DNA from: Octopus sinensis
Taxonomy: Eukaryota
Assembly (NCBI RefSeq): GCF_006345805.1
Contig: NC_043023.1
Coordinates: forward strand, 15,438,001-15,502,000
Direction of reading: 5' to 3'
Length of the DNA stretch: 64,000 nt
A program made the translations under genes and the position numbers. Each line of letters begins with the position of its first letter. The stretch's first letter is position 1. Shown piece by piece: positions 26,778-41,896 of the stretch. Below the pieces are notes generated by a model, which saw nothing but the letters and a program-made list of their open reading frames with translations, searched no databases and was not told the DNA's origin.

Positions 26778-27342
26778 AAGATGTAACACATATTTTCTTT
26801 TTAGTAAAAGCCTATGTATCTGGCTAATTGGAAACACCAGGCAGTTTTGAAAGTTTTAAATACTGCTTGTCTGAAATCGATATTAATTCTATTGTCCAGT
26901 AAACTTCGTAAATTATGCCTAGAAAATCTGGATTTTACTTGTGGCCATGAAAAAGCACCAGATTTTTAATTACAATTATTTTAATAAATACTTCATTATT
27001 TTAGTAGATATTTCAGTGTTTTCATTTCAAGTTTTAATTTGGAAAACTGACAGTTCATTCTATTAATAAACTGGTATAATTTTTGTAAAAAATAAAATTA
27101 AGAAGTGATTTTGTTATGGTTATCTGGATTGCTATAACCTTTAGAATAATACCTATCCAAACCGATTTTGGCCGTTTTCTTTTAACTTAAAAACCACGGG
27201 AGGGGCCTTTTCGGTTAAAATAAAACAAGTAAATATTTTCAGAGGAAAAGGTGAACAATTCAAGGGATGTTTTGCTGGTGTTTCTAGCACAACCGAAACC
27301 ACCCTCCCTTTTCACTCTCACGTATCTCTCTCTTTTACTCTT

Positions 27343-27725
27343 TTACTTGTTTCAGTCATTTTGACTGCGGCCATGCTGGAGCACTGCCTTTAATCGAGCA
27401 ACTCTATCCCAGGACTTACTCTTTGTAAGCCCAGTTCCTATTGTATCGGTCTCTTTTGCCGAACCGCTAAGTGACGGGAACATAAACACACCAGCTTCGG
27501 TTGTCAAGCGATGTTGGGGGGACAAACACAGACACACAAACATATACACACACATACATATATAGGACAGGCTTCTTTCAGTTTCCGTCTACCAAATTCA
27601 CTCACAAGGCATTGGTCGGCCCGAGGATATAGCAGAAGACACTTGCCCAAGGTGCCACGCAATGGGACTGAACCCGGAACCATGTGGTTGGTAAACAAGC
27701 TACTTACCACACAGCCACTCCTGCG
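27343..27725 (-). mobile_element. SINE family S2
   Basis: Same sequence as 14557-14921. Confidence 0.8.
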
Positions 27726-27776
27726 TGTTGATGTTTTTTTAAAAATATTTTTCTCCTATTATATTTTATGGAATGA

Positions 27777-28997
27777 CTAGCAGAGATACCCGGCGTTGCT
27801 CAGTATTAAAATGTCATAGTTTGTGTATATATATATTACAGTTATGTTGAAACAGGTGATATAGGAAAGTGCAGCATTGATGACAAAACATTTGTGGAGT
27901 AAAAGATGGACTAAGCGACTTGTCATTTGTCCGAGTATTCCTTGCCCTAACCAGTCGTGAAAATTGGGGGTGGAGTGTTTGTGGTTTTTGAATGCCCCGA
28001 AAAGCTGTCAGTGGATATGTTTACCTTTGTGGCAGTTGGTCCTGCATCTAACATGACCCATTGTCTGAAGTTTTGACACCTCCTGTGGGTTTATTGTCCT
28101 ACATCACTCATGAAGTAAATTTTGAGGACCTGTAACACATAAAAGCACCAACCGACTGTGGCCATTTGCCAGCCTCCTCTGGCCGGTGGCACATAAAAAG
28201 CACCCACTATACTCATGGAGTGGTTGGCATTAGGAAGGGCATCCAGCTGTAGAAACACTGCCAGATCAGACTGGAGCCTGGTGCAGCCTCGTGGTTTCCC
28301 AGATCCCGGTCAAACCGTCCAACCCATGCTAGCATGGAAAACAGACGTTAAACGATGATGAAGATGTGGTTGGTTGTTCATCTGTGGGTAACAGGGAACC
28401 ATTGAGGTGACAGACTTGCCCTTCGACTGTAAATGTCAGTGTAAATCCATGTTCAACTATCTCCTTATATGCACCAAACAATGTCATTTGTGATGCAGGA
28501 TTGTCTGATATTGTTCAGGAAATCCTTTGACTGGATGGAAGTACCTTCCAGAAGAGGTTGAGAAGGAGCTGGTAGTGCTGGCAATATTACCTTACTGCCT
28601 GGGCATTGCATGCCATTAGTTTCATTTGGAAATTTTAAAGCTTTACAGAAACAACGATTTGAGTTTAGCACACTAATTTGGCCAAAATTATCATTTTCAT
28701 AAAAATGGGATGGATTATATCTGAAAGCAGCTCCAGGATTTGTGAAGAACGCATTTATACATAGTCTGTTTGTGAGAGCTATTCTATTGGACCACTGTCT
28801 AATCATTAAAATGTTTTAATGGCTAAGCATTAAATGCTGCAGCATGTGTTTGCTGATCTTGCAAAAGTCTCAACTCCCTTCTGTATTGAGACTCCATCTG
28901 ATGTGCTGCGGCTTGCCTTTGCTCATCTTGAGAAAGTCCCATCTTGCTTCTGTCTTAAGAAGCAAGATGGAAATATTGTCCAATGATATGTAATTTA
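27777..28997 (-). mobile_element. Helitron relic in intron 1
   Basis: Minus-strand 3' end ...gagcaacgccgggtatctctgCTAG|t. 28465-28806 encodes AAFRYNP...CKALKFPNETNGMQCPGSKVILPALPAP...QSKDFLNNIR, resembling the Helitron Rep N-terminal region. Confidence 0.7.
28140..28362 (+). mobile_element. SINE family S3 with RTE-like (GAT)n tail
   Basis: aagcacccactatactcatggagtggttggc...gttaaacgatgatga. Copies at 59280, 59715 and 62560. Confidence 0.75.
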
Positions 28998-29598
28998 ATG
29001 TTTTACATAATATCCGATGGTAGAGGAGCTGAAGTCTGTGTATATGTAGACATTACACAAGGTTGTATCATATGATTTTAATAACAGAATATATTTCAAA
29101 GACAACTTAAAGGATTATATCCACAGTTTATGATTATGAAAATGTAATTATATTTTCTATTGTTGAATCTCTGCTTTTTAAGTCTTTCCTATATCTTCTA
29201 CTGTTTCTGTGTCATTTCAGAATATGAGATGTTAGTGGTATAAAGGAGTTTTTACATCAGATACATCATGAATATTGATCATCACCTGAAGACTAATGGA
29301 AGATGTTATAAATAATATATAGAACCACGTTTATATAATTTATCTATGGTGAAGAACTGTGAAAAATTCCATCTGAATTAATAGCAACATTTGTTTCCAT
29401 CATTGCCTGGAATATTTGCTGAAGTATTTCCCATTCAGTCTGAACTTGGGAAAATCTGCAAAGGTGTTTCTATTACCTTTAGATATTGACAAAGACCAGA
29501 CTTGTGGAAAATATAACTAGAGAAGTATTTGAATCGACAAAGGAATATATAAGAAGAACAGGAAAATATATTTTGTGTTTGTATACTATAGAACAATA

Positions 29599-30987
29599 AT
29601 GAATCCTCAAGAGATGACAAAAGAAAGAGTAAAATTATCACACCAATGTGATATCTGTAAAAAGACTTTTTCTAATAAGGGAAATCTCACTGTTCACAAA
29701 TTCATTCATGCAGGTAGGAAGCCATATCACTGTGATGTCTGTGGAAAGTCATTCTCCCGAAAAAGTCACCTTACTTCTCACAATTACATTCATACAGGAG
29801 AGAAACCTTTTCACTGTGATATTTGTGGTAAATCATTCTCTGATAAAAGTAACCTTACCTCTCACAAATACATTCATACAGGAGAAAAACCATATCAATG
29901 TGATATTTGTGGTAAATCATCTTCCCAAAAGACTGGCCTTACTTATCACAAATCCATTCATACAGGAGAGAAACCATATCACTGTGATATCTGTGGTAAA
30001 TCTTTTTCATTAAAATGTAATTTAACTACTCACAAATCCATTCATACAGGAGAGAAACCTTATCACTGTGATATCTGTGGTAAATCTTTTTCATTAAAAT
30101 GTAATTTAACTACTCACAAATCCATTCATACAGGAGAGAAACCTTATCACTGTGATATCTGTGGTAAATCTTTTTCATTAAAATTTAATTTAACTACTCA
30201 CAAATCCATTCATACAGGAGAGAAACCATATCAATGTGATATTTGTGGTAAATCTTTTTCATTAAAATTTAATTTAACTACTCACAAATTCATTCATACA
30301 GGTGAGGAACCATATCAGTGTGATATTTGTGGTAAATCATTCTCTCAAAAGACTGGCCTTACTTATCACAAATCCATTCATACAGGAGAGAAACCACATC
30401 CCTGTGATATCTGTGGTAAATCTTTTTCATTAAAATGTAAGTTAACTACTCACAAATTCATTCATACAGGTGAAAAACCATATCAGTGTGATATTTGTGG
30501 TAAATCATTCTCTCAGAAGATAAGCCTTACTAAACACAAATACATTCATACAGGAGAGAAACCATATCAATGTCATATTTGTGGTAAATCATTCTCTCAA
30601 AAGACTGGCCTTACTTATCACAAATCCATTCATACAGGAGAGAAACCACATCCCTGTGATATCTGTGGTAAATCTTTTTCATTAAAATGTAATTTAACTA
30701 CTCACAAATTCATTCATACAGGTGAAAAACCATATCAGTGTGATATTTGTGGTAAATCATTCTCTCAGAAGATAAGCCTTACTAAACACAAATACATTCA
30801 TACAGCAGAGAAACCATATCAATGTCATATTTGTGGTAAATCATTCTCCCGTAAGTATAGCCTTACATATCACAAATCCATTCATACTGGAGAGAAACTG
30901 TATGAGTGTGATATTTGTGGTAAATCATTGTCTTGCTTGCGCTCTTTAACCTCTCATAAAAACATTCATACAGGAGAGAAACCATAG
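29599..30987 (+). CDS. B-type C2H2 ZNF, 462 aa, 16 fingers
   Basis: Intact ORF with internal SLK(C/F)NLTTH x4 and a duplicated 3-finger block. Acceptor at 29220. Confidence 0.95.
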   Translation: MNPQEMTKERVKLSHQCDICKKTFSNKGNLTVHKFIHAGRKPYHCDVCGKSFSRKSHLTSHNYIHTGEKPFHCDICGKSFSDKSNLTSHKYIHTGEKPYQCDICGKSSSQKTGLTYHKSIHTGEKPYHCDICGKSFSLKCNLTTHKSIHTGEKPYHCDICGKSFSLKCNLTTHKSIHTGEKPYHCDICGKSFSLKFNLTTHKSIHTGEKPYQCDICGKSFSLKFNLTTHKFIHTGEEPYQCDICGKSFSQKTGLTYHKSIHTGEKPHPCDICGKSFSLKCKLTTHKFIHTGEKPYQCDICGKSFSQKISLTKHKYIHTGEKPYQCHICGKSFSQKTGLTYHKSIHTGEKPHPCDICGKSFSLKCNLTTHKFIHTGEKPYQCDICGKSFSQKISLTKHKYIHTAEKPYQCHICGKSFSRKYSLTYHKSIHTGEKLYECDICGKSLSCLRSLTSHKNIHTGEKP

Positions 30988-31020
30988 CACTGTAATATCT
31001 GCAGTAAATTACACTAAGTC

Positions 31021-32008
31021 AGATCTTTTCCTTTTGAACGGCAGTTTTCAACAAAATTTCTAGTTAACTAAACACTTTTAAACTTCGTATACTGGTAGAA
31101 TGTATCAAAATAAAACATTTTTTTCTCTTGGCTTTCTTGAGTAAATTGTAATTTGTTTGTTTAACGTAGTTTAATTTTTAGAATTTTAACTAATCAATGG
31201 CCTCTATTGAGCTAAAATCATTTGCTGCGTCTAAAACTGAGGCAACATCCTGTCACTAACCCTAACCTTAAATTTTAACCTTTTGTTTTTTTTTTCTTAA
31301 TTGTTAAATTAATTTAATTGTTACGTGTGTGTCTAAAATTATTAGTTTTGTTTTTGTTGAGTTTTTGCTTTCGTTTTAGCCTTTTGTTTTTTTTTTCTTA
31401 ATTGTTAAATTAATTTAATTGTTACGTGTGTGTCTAAAATTATTAGTTTTGTTTTTGTTGAGTTTTTGCTTTCGTTTTAGCCTTTTGTTTTTTTTTTTCT
31501 TAAATGTTAAATTAATTTAATTGTTACGTGTGTGTCTAAAATTATTCGCCTCGTTTTTGTTGAGTTTTTGCTTTCGTTTTAGCCTTTTGTTTTTTTTTTC
31601 TTAATTGTGAAATTAATTTAATTGTTACGTGTGTGTCTAAAATTATTAGTTTTGTTTTTGTTGAGTTTTTGCTTTTGTTTTAGCCTTTCATTTCTTTTAT
31701 CTTAATTGTTATCCTTAAATTAATTTAACAATTGAGAAAAAAAAACCGAAAGGCTAAAATTTAGGGTTAGGGTTAGGGTGATGTTGTCTCAGTTTTAGAC
31801 GCAGCAAATGATTTTAGCTGAATAGAGGCCATTGATTGGTTAAAATTCGAAAAATTCAACTACGTTAAACTTACAAATTGCAATTTTCTAAAGAAAGCCA
31901 AGAGAAAAAAATGTTTTATTTTCACACATTCTACCAGTATACGAAGTTTAAAAGTGTTTAGTTGACTAGAAATTGTGTTGAAAACTGCCGTTCAAAAGAA
32001 AAAGATCA
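31021..32008. mobile_element. GGATC-TIR MITE with an internal ~105-bp minisatellite x4 (31285-31700)
   Basis: ~260-bp TIRs. The spacer repeat has a single copy in the paralogues at 17776 and 45663. Confidence 0.85.
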
Positions 32009-32201
32009 GGTATTTCTCCTGCATCTGTCTTACCAGAAATATATAGCATCAGTGGTGCTTTTCCCTGGCATGAAGCCAAACTGCATCTCATCTAAACTGA
32101 CTCTCTCCCTAATTAGTTGATAATTATTTATTTGTTTGAAAAAATTATTTACCTTGTTTTAAAAAAAAAAAATTATTTGATATACAGCCTTTAAATACAT
32201 A

Positions 32202-32713
32202 TAATAAATCTTTGAGTGTAGTCCGCTCTTGAGTTTAATACTCAGGGGAGTTTTTAGGGGGCTGTACCTCTGAAAAACCTAAACCATGTATATAATATGC
32301 ACCCTTTCTCTAACCTGAGTCAAGGAGGTCTGTATAACATCCTTGGTTTGTAAAAATGTATATGGTAACGTCCTTTATTATTATTGTATATATAACATAA
32401 TGCAAACGTGTAGCTTTTTTGTGTATTTTGTTTGCAGAAAATAAAGAAATAACAGTAATAACGTTTAATAAATGTTGCTTACTGCAAGTTATGGATGATT
32501 CTTTTATGACTTCATTACTTTCAGGCTTAGCTTAAGGTATTTTCATGCCGGACATCACAAAATGCGTCTGAATAAACATTGCCGGACAGCAAAGAGAGAC
32601 TCGGACATTGCTTAGAAAATATTTTCATTTTTAACCTTGTATATAATCCGCACCTGGGATTTTGACCTTTAAATTTGGGGGGTAAAATGAGAATTATACT
32701 CGAGGATTTATAG
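32202..32713. mobile_element. Tc1/pogo-like MITE
   Basis: Imperfect TIRs ...taaatctttgagtgtagtccgc and gaattatactcgaggatttatag|ta. Confidence 0.65.
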
Positions 32714-33017
32714 TACGTGCTTTGCGCATGCACGCATCTATTAATTTGCATACGTGCACTCGCGCTTGGTAGTCGTAGGATTGACTAGTCACAACTAGCT
32801 AGCGGGATGGCGCGCAGTGTGACCACTTTTTGTAAATAGTACTCAGCGTCTGTAACCAGTCAAGTCATGGGTCACTCTGGTAATTAATATATATATAACA
32901 ATTATAGGTGGTTTTACGTTTTCCACAATGATATGTACTACCAGGGTGCCACCAAGCTTATTGATTATGAGAAGGCTGTTTTTCCTGAGATGTATATTAA
33001 CACGTACAAGTTTGCGC

Positions 33018-33555
33018 GGATCTTTTCCTTTTGAATGGCATATGTCAACACAATTTATAGTTAACTAAACACTTTTAAACTTCGTATACTGGTAGAATGT
33101 GTTTATAAAACATCATTTTTTCTTGGATTTATTGAGAAAATTCTATAGTTTGTAACATATTTCCACTTTAAAATCGAGCATTTCGGCAATTTTAACCAAT
33201 CAAATACGTCCATTTGGAGTCAAAACATACCGTGCTGTATGAATATGTCCCTTGTTTAAGAAACAGAGTGGGTTTATTTACATTTGCAAAGAAAAATAGA
33301 TACCCTTAACCCTAAAATAGATTGAAATGCAAAGATCAATACTAGGGTTATAATTATGGGTGACAATTTCATACGACACCACTACAGAAAATGGGATTTT
33401 TTTCTAGCGGTGTCATATGAAATTGTCACCCATAATTATGACCCTAGTATCGATCTATTGCATTTCTATCTCTTTTAGGGTTAGGGGTGGGGGGAAGGGT
33501 ATCTTTTAGTTACCTAGAAATTATGTTAAACACTGCCGTTCAAACCGAAAAGACC
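33018..33555. mobile_element. Composite GGATC-TIR MITE (collapsed version of 47325-48292)
   Basis: ggatcttttcc...ccgaaaagacc with an internal hairpin centred near 33395. Confidence 0.7.
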
Positions 33556-33987
33556 TACATACTCTGTTGTTGATGGTGAAATTCCAATGAAGGATCCTTG
33601 GATTTAGGTTAGAAATTGGCTCTTTCTGTATTGGCAAGTAATTTTGATATAAAACTGAAGAATGGTATACATATATACATACGTACATACATACATGCAG
33701 ACTGTTGCTATAGCAACGAAGCTAAGATACACAGAGTGAAGCCATTTGGGAAAGATTGACTCTAAACTCTGCTGTGCATTCACACTAAGTGTTAACATTC
33801 TAGCTCTCTTCTGCTGTTTGCAACAATGCTTCGAAGGAAGGTGTGTAGCGTGTGATTGTCACAATGAGCATGATAGAAAGTTGAGCAGAGAATCTGCATC
33901 AGATTTTGCCAAAATCAGGGCAATACCTGCTCAGAGGCCCACACAAATTTTTATAATTCTCGACCTAATCAAGGGAATCTTGTATAA

Positions 33988-34340
33988 CTTATTTCTTTAT
34001 TACCCACAAGGGGCTAAACACAGAGAGGACAAACAAGGACAGACGCACGGGTTAAGTCCGTTATATCGACCCGAAACGATGAAAGGCAAAGTCGACCTCA
34101 GCGGAATTGGAACTCAGAACGTGATGGCAGACACAATACATATTTCTTTACTACCCACAAGGGGCTAAACAGAGGGGACGAACAAGGACAGACAAACAGA
34201 GTAAGTCGATTACATCAATCCCAGTGTGTAACTGGTACTTAATTAATCGACCCTGAAAGGATGAAAGGCAAATTCGACCTCAGATGAAATACGGCCACGT
34301 GTTTCGCCCAGCATGCTAACGTTTCTGCCAGCTCACCGCC
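33988..34340 (-). mobile_element. Two stacked SINE S1 copies
   Basis: Two tatttctt(a)t(t)acccacaaggggc tails and one tRNA-like head. Confidence 0.75.
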
Positions 34341-35402
34341 TTGTATAACTAAAACCTGAGTGACCCCTGGCGGTCAGACAGGAAAGCAAAATGAAAATGG
34401 GATTTAACGAGAGTAATCTCCCTCGATCTTCTTGAATATTTTAGAAGCTTCCTATAAACTTCCAGATGACATAGCAGTCAGGGACTTCTGGCTTATCCCT
34501 AATATAAAGCAGAACATTCTAATTTTGTGCCACCCTTGCGTTGACTCCTGACTCCTAGACATGCATTGACTCAGGTCACGCACATACACACCCGCAAGTG
34601 CATGTGTTTGCCTTATTTTGCTTTGAGACGTGGTTGCAAAATATGTTCATCTGATGTTACAAGCTTTTCCTTCAATTAACCTTATATGTCAACGCATTAC
34701 CTCTGGATCTTGCCTGAGTAGGGTTTCCTCTCCAAAGACCTTCCGCTGTTCAGCTCTCTTGAGAATTTCCTACCATTGTCTTATTTTAACATTTCATCAG
34801 TGACTGGGAAATATATTTCCTTCACACTCCTTCTCTCACATGGTTACCATCTACTCAATGGCTCCATCGCATATTCACTAGATAACCACCATCATTAGCA
34901 TTTAATGAACAAACTTATCCCTTCGTTTATCTCTCATCACTGTATCTTAGCATCTAACACCAAGTATTTTGTATATTAAATAATATCAACAAATTATATA
35001 ACTTCAAAACAAACATTTATTATAGATCAGTTTGGAGAAATGTGTAACTTTTATCATACATTGATCAAGTGTGAATTCTATGCTGTATCATCAATTGTAT
35101 AGGCTCATAAGGGACACGTTTGGATAGGGTTGCCAGATTAGAAAATCATATATACGGGACACTTTTAAAATCTCTATCTATATATATATTTATACATGCC
35201 TGCACACCCAACATAATATATAAAAGCAGAGAGATAAGTTAAAAAGATAATGCAATTATTTTAACGGGTTATGAGGTCAAAATTATTTAATACAAGCTAA
35301 AGAAATAATAAATTCTATTAAAGTGAAATAATTTGAAAATATTTCTTTAATACAGACAACAGAGAAATAAGCAAACAATATCTTGTGTAATGTGTACATA
35401 TA

Positions 35403-36030
35403 GGCGTAGGTGTGGCTGTGTGGTAAGTAGCTTGCTTACCAACCACATGGTCCCAGGTTCAGTCTCACTGTGTAGCACTTTGGACGAGTGTCTTCTACTA
35501 TAGCCTCGGGCCGACCAAAGCCTTGTGAGTGGATTTGGTAGACGGAAACTGAAAGAAGCCCATCGTATATATGTATGTTTGTGTGTCTGTGTTTGTTCCC
35601 CTAGCATTGCTTGACAACCGATGCTGAGGTGCTTATATCCCCGTCACTTAGCGGTTCGACAAAAGAGACCAATAGAATAAGTCCTGGGTCTATTTGCTCG
35701 ACTAAAGGCACTGCTCCAGCATGGCCACTGTCAAATAGATAGGTTCCCCTATTTTCTTCCGGACCGGGCTGCATGTTGTGTTCTTGAGCAAGACACTTTA
35801 TTTCACGTTGCTCCAGTTCACTCAGCTGTAGAAATGAGTTGCGACATCACTGGTGCTAAACTGTATCGACCTTTGTCTTTCCCTTGGACAACACTGGTGG
35901 CGTGGAGAGGGGAGGCCGGTATGCATGGGCGACTGCTGGCCTTCCATAAACAACCTTGCCCAGACTTGTGCCTGGGAGGGTAACTTTCTAGGTGCAAACC
36001 CATGGTCACTCATGACCGAAGGGTGTCTTT
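35403..36030 (+). mobile_element. SINE S2 (35403-35735) plus a fourth SINE family (35761-36030)
   Basis: The S2 head has A/B boxes. The second element (gagcaagacactttatttcac...gaccgaagggtgtc) is absent from the paralogous site at ~4570. Confidence 0.7.
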
Positions 36031-37058
36031 ATCCATATTTATTATTGAAATATCACTTCCAGTATCGAACTGAAGTTTAATATGTATTCCAATCATTTTT
36101 ACATGTACAAATTTTCTCATTTGGGAGTCGAATTTTGTTTCTGTTGAGAGCCCTCTAGGATCTTTAATGGTTGATCTTCAGAATTTAGTTCTGCAGTGTG
36201 AATTTCTGTATATTCAGTTGTTGTAAGGCCTTTTACCAAAATAAGACACCTGAATATCTCAGGTGTAAATTCTTTGAGTTTAAAAATAATCACACATTCT
36301 AATTGTTCCTGTGTATGTGATAAAATCACCATCCTCCTTTTTCATTATATTCCAAAACACCATCCAAGTGTTAGAGAAGTTTTATCACCAAATATGTTAG
36401 ACAGTAATTCCATTGTTTCTTTAAAACAAATTTCATTGAGTTTTTTGGGGTAATATGAAATTAAAATAATGTTCATACTCAATGGGGCTCATTTATGTCA
36501 TAATAACCTTACTTTTTCTGTGTCTGACCATGTCTTACAATCTTCCTTAAAAATTACCTGCTGTAGTACAATGCAACAGTTATACCGTCCTCTGGGTTAT
36601 AACTGGATTCATCGAGTCCAAAACGGCATCTGGCAAAAATGTACTTCCCTCATTTTTGGACTTCTTTGAATAAAGCTCCAATAATTGTTGTTGTTGCTGC
36701 CTTTGTCGTTGATTTTGCAACAGTTTTAAAGAAGCTAATTAGTCTTCCATGATTTAACAATTTTGTATCACAAAAATTTGTTAACTGACCTGCAAGAGCT
36801 TCGAAACCCTCATCGCCAGATGTTGTAACATAATTGTTCCGTACAATAAATAAGATAACCAGAAAATTGTAACAACAATCTAATGAACTAACAAATCTTT
36901 TACGAACCAACATTCAATATTCCTTAGGAAGTAAACCAAGCGACACCTTCCGACTTCACTTGACTCTGAACCGTAAACCCACTCAGATCGTTACTATTTA
37001 TACTTTACTCGGACCAGTCTATCTCTCCCAAGGGGACATGGTAACTCTCATCACAACA
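36031..37058 (-). mobile_element. Ty3/Gypsy relic (LTR 36821-37058, PBS, gag, protease)
   Basis: Reverse-complement copy of 13547-14555. Confidence 0.8.
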
Positions 37059-37990
37059 GGTGCCATTCTAACCAGATGCCCATCATAAATCCCTGCTTGG
37101 TGTCTGGTAAGAACAAGACCATGAAAACCTGCTCTACAGAATGATTTAGCAAAAAATAAGTATCATCCGTTGCAGGGGTTGAGCAGGGATGTGTTTGAAC
37201 CATAGGTAGAGTGGGGCATTAGGCTCTTGAAAAATATTTCCCACTCTACACCCAAAACTGTGACAAACAGCAATAAGCCTCCAGCTAGTGCCAGAATATG
37301 TGGGCAGTAGCACAAAGGGTGCAGATCCTGGGATCCCTGAGTGTGTCCAGCAGAGGATAACTGATCATGGCTGGGAACTGGAGTGTAATACATTTGTGTC
37401 AAAATAATATATCCACAAGAAAACAGAGCAAATTAATATAATCAATATTGTTTGAATAAAAAACACAAATCGTAATTAGTGAGTTGATGCAAATGAGGAA
37501 AATGTGAAAAATGAATTTATTTTGTAAAAAGTAATACATTTGCTGTATTTTATTCAGCAGGACATCTGTTTTATCATTGATATTGTTATTGATCAATATG
37601 AATAAGTATATGTTTAGTTTGAGAGAATGATTTAGCACAGATTACACAGTCATCAGAATCTTCTCCTGTATGAATATGTTTGTGTTTAGTTTATTATTTC
37701 TCTCTATGAAGGAATGACTTGTCACAGATGTCACAGTGATACGATTTCTCTCCTGTATGAATGGATTTGTGATGAGTTCAATATTGTTCCACAGAGAATG
37801 ATTTATCTCAGATATCACAGCAATAGAGTTTCTCTCCTGTATGAATACGTTTATAAGTATATACAGCATATTCCTGAGAGAATGATTTGCTGCAGACATC
37901 ACAGTCACATAGTTTCTCTCCAGTGTGAGCAGACTTGTAATTAATTAAACATTTTCTTAAACGGAATGATTTACTGCAGATACTACAGTG

Positions 37991-39703
<1,713 letters not shown>

Positions 39704-40322
39704 TATTGTTCTGTAGTATACAGACAGAAAATATATTTCTCCCTTCTTCTTTATATATATCTTCTACAGCAAATCTGATCTTAAATATCTGAAAATGATA
39801 CAAACACCTTTCCAGATTTTCTCACATTCAAACACAATGCAAAATACTTTTGTAAATATTCCTGGCAATGAGGAAACAAATGTTGCTATTAATTCAGAAG
39901 AAATATTTCACCGTTATTCACCATAGATATATTATACAAACAGAATTATTATCTATTATTTATAACGGCTGACATTCGTTTTCAAAACATGATCAATATT
40001 CATGATGTATCTCACGTAAAACTCCTTTATACGAGTATCTGAAATGACACAGAAACAGTAGAAGATATAGGAAAGACTTAAAAAGCAAAGGTTTAACAAT
40101 AAAAATTATAACTACATTTTCATAATGATAAACTGTTGCCCGAATAAATTACACTTTAAAATGATACTCATGACACAAGACATTACTTTCGTCTATTATG
40201 ACCTGAGTCATAAATCTAATACTTTCTCTAGTTTAGTTTCAATGCACCCAAACAAACAAAAGGAAAAGCAGTGTAAATAACGGACAGAGTCAAAACTATT
40301 GAAAAGGTTGCAAGACGCAAAG

Positions 40323-41896
40323 AAAATTTTAGGAAAAAAGGAAATAAGTAAGAAATAAGAAATAACTGCAAAATTTTACCGATGAGTGTGTTAAATTATA
40401 AGGCACAAAAAGAAAATGACTCTCCCCAGACGCAACAGAATATGCTTCAATACACGAATTCATATAAAGAACCTTGCAAACCAAATCAAAAAACGAAATA
40501 GAATTAATATCTGTTTCTTTATTACCCACAAGGGGCGAAACACGGACGGGACAAACAAGGACAGACAAACGGATTAAGTCGATCACATTGACCCCAGTGC
40601 GTAACTGGTACTTAATTTATCGACCCCGAAAGGATGAAAGGCAAAGTCGACCTTGGCGGAATTTGAACTCAGAACGTAACGGCGGACGAAATTAATATCG
40701 ATGTCAGACTAGCAACATTGAATACTTTCATTATTGTCTGGAGTTTCGAATTTTCCAGGTTCTTCTGCTTTCACTAAAAATAAAATATGTACGATATCTT
40801 ACCTGTTATGATAAATAAATCAGTGCTAAAAGTCAATTAACGCAAACCACACCAAAAAAGCCATTCAGCGGGAAACGTAATTTAAAGAAAGCTCAAAAAA
40901 TAGACATGGAATGTAGACGAAACGAACTGATATCCGGATGTTGTATATATCGTAATACTATAAATTTATCGGATGCTAAAACTAAGTTGGTAAATTCTCA
41001 ATGTTTTTTATTGGTATAATTACTTTTCAAAAATGTGAGTTATGAGGAAAAATCCAAATGATGACAAAACATACAAAACTGACTGCTTATTTTCATATCT
41101 ATTGGTACTTTTCCACTATCCTGTTACCGAACCCTTAAATTACAGGGACGGAAAGAAACCAACAGGACTTATCAAAGAGGGACGGAGGGAAAACTGGAAG
41201 ACTCGTGTGTGTTATTTCTACCTGTATTCGAGAACCATTGTTACTTTGTTTACATTCCTGTAACTTCGTTGTATATGTTACGATATATACAACATCCGGA
41301 TGTTCAGTTGTTTCGTCGACATTCCATGTCTATTTTTTGAGCTTTCTTTAAATTACGTTTCCCGCTGAATGGCTTTTTTGGTGTGGTTTGCGTTAATTGA
41401 CTTTTAGCACTGATTTATTTATCATAACAGGTAAGATATCGTACATATTTTATTTTTATTGAAAGCAGAAGAACCTGGAAAATTCGAAACTCCAGACAAT
41501 AATGAAAGTATTCAATGTTGCTAGTCTGACATCGATATTAATTTCGTCCGCCGTTACGTTCTGGGTTCAAATTCCGCCGAGGTCGACTTTGCCTTTCATC
41601 CTTTCGGGGTCGATAAATTAAGTACCAGTTACGCACTGGGTCAATGTGATCGACTTAATCCGTTTGTCTGTTCTTGTTTGTTTCGTCCGTGTTTCGCCCC
41701 TTGTGGGTAATAAAGAAACAGGTATTAATTCTATTTGGTTTGCAAGGTTCTTTATATGAATTCGTGTATTGAAGCATATTCTGTTGTGTCTGGGGAGAGT
41801 CATTTTCTTTTTGTGCCTTATAATTTAACACACTCATCGGTAAAATTTTGCAGTTATTTCTTATTTCTTACTTATTTACTTTTTTCCTAAAATTTT
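40323..41896. repeat. 1.57-kb palindrome: arms 40323-40955 and 41278-41896, ~320-bp spacer
   Basis: Each arm contains exon 1, the donor, intron start and an S1 SINE with TSD aattaatatc. Confidence 0.95.
40802..41432. promoter_or_regulatory. Bidirectional promoter with two outward-facing exon-1 copies (donors at 40802 minus, 41431 plus)
   Basis: CAG|GTAAGA on both strands, an ETS-like CCGGATGT and the conserved exon-1 motif in both arms. Confidence 0.6.
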
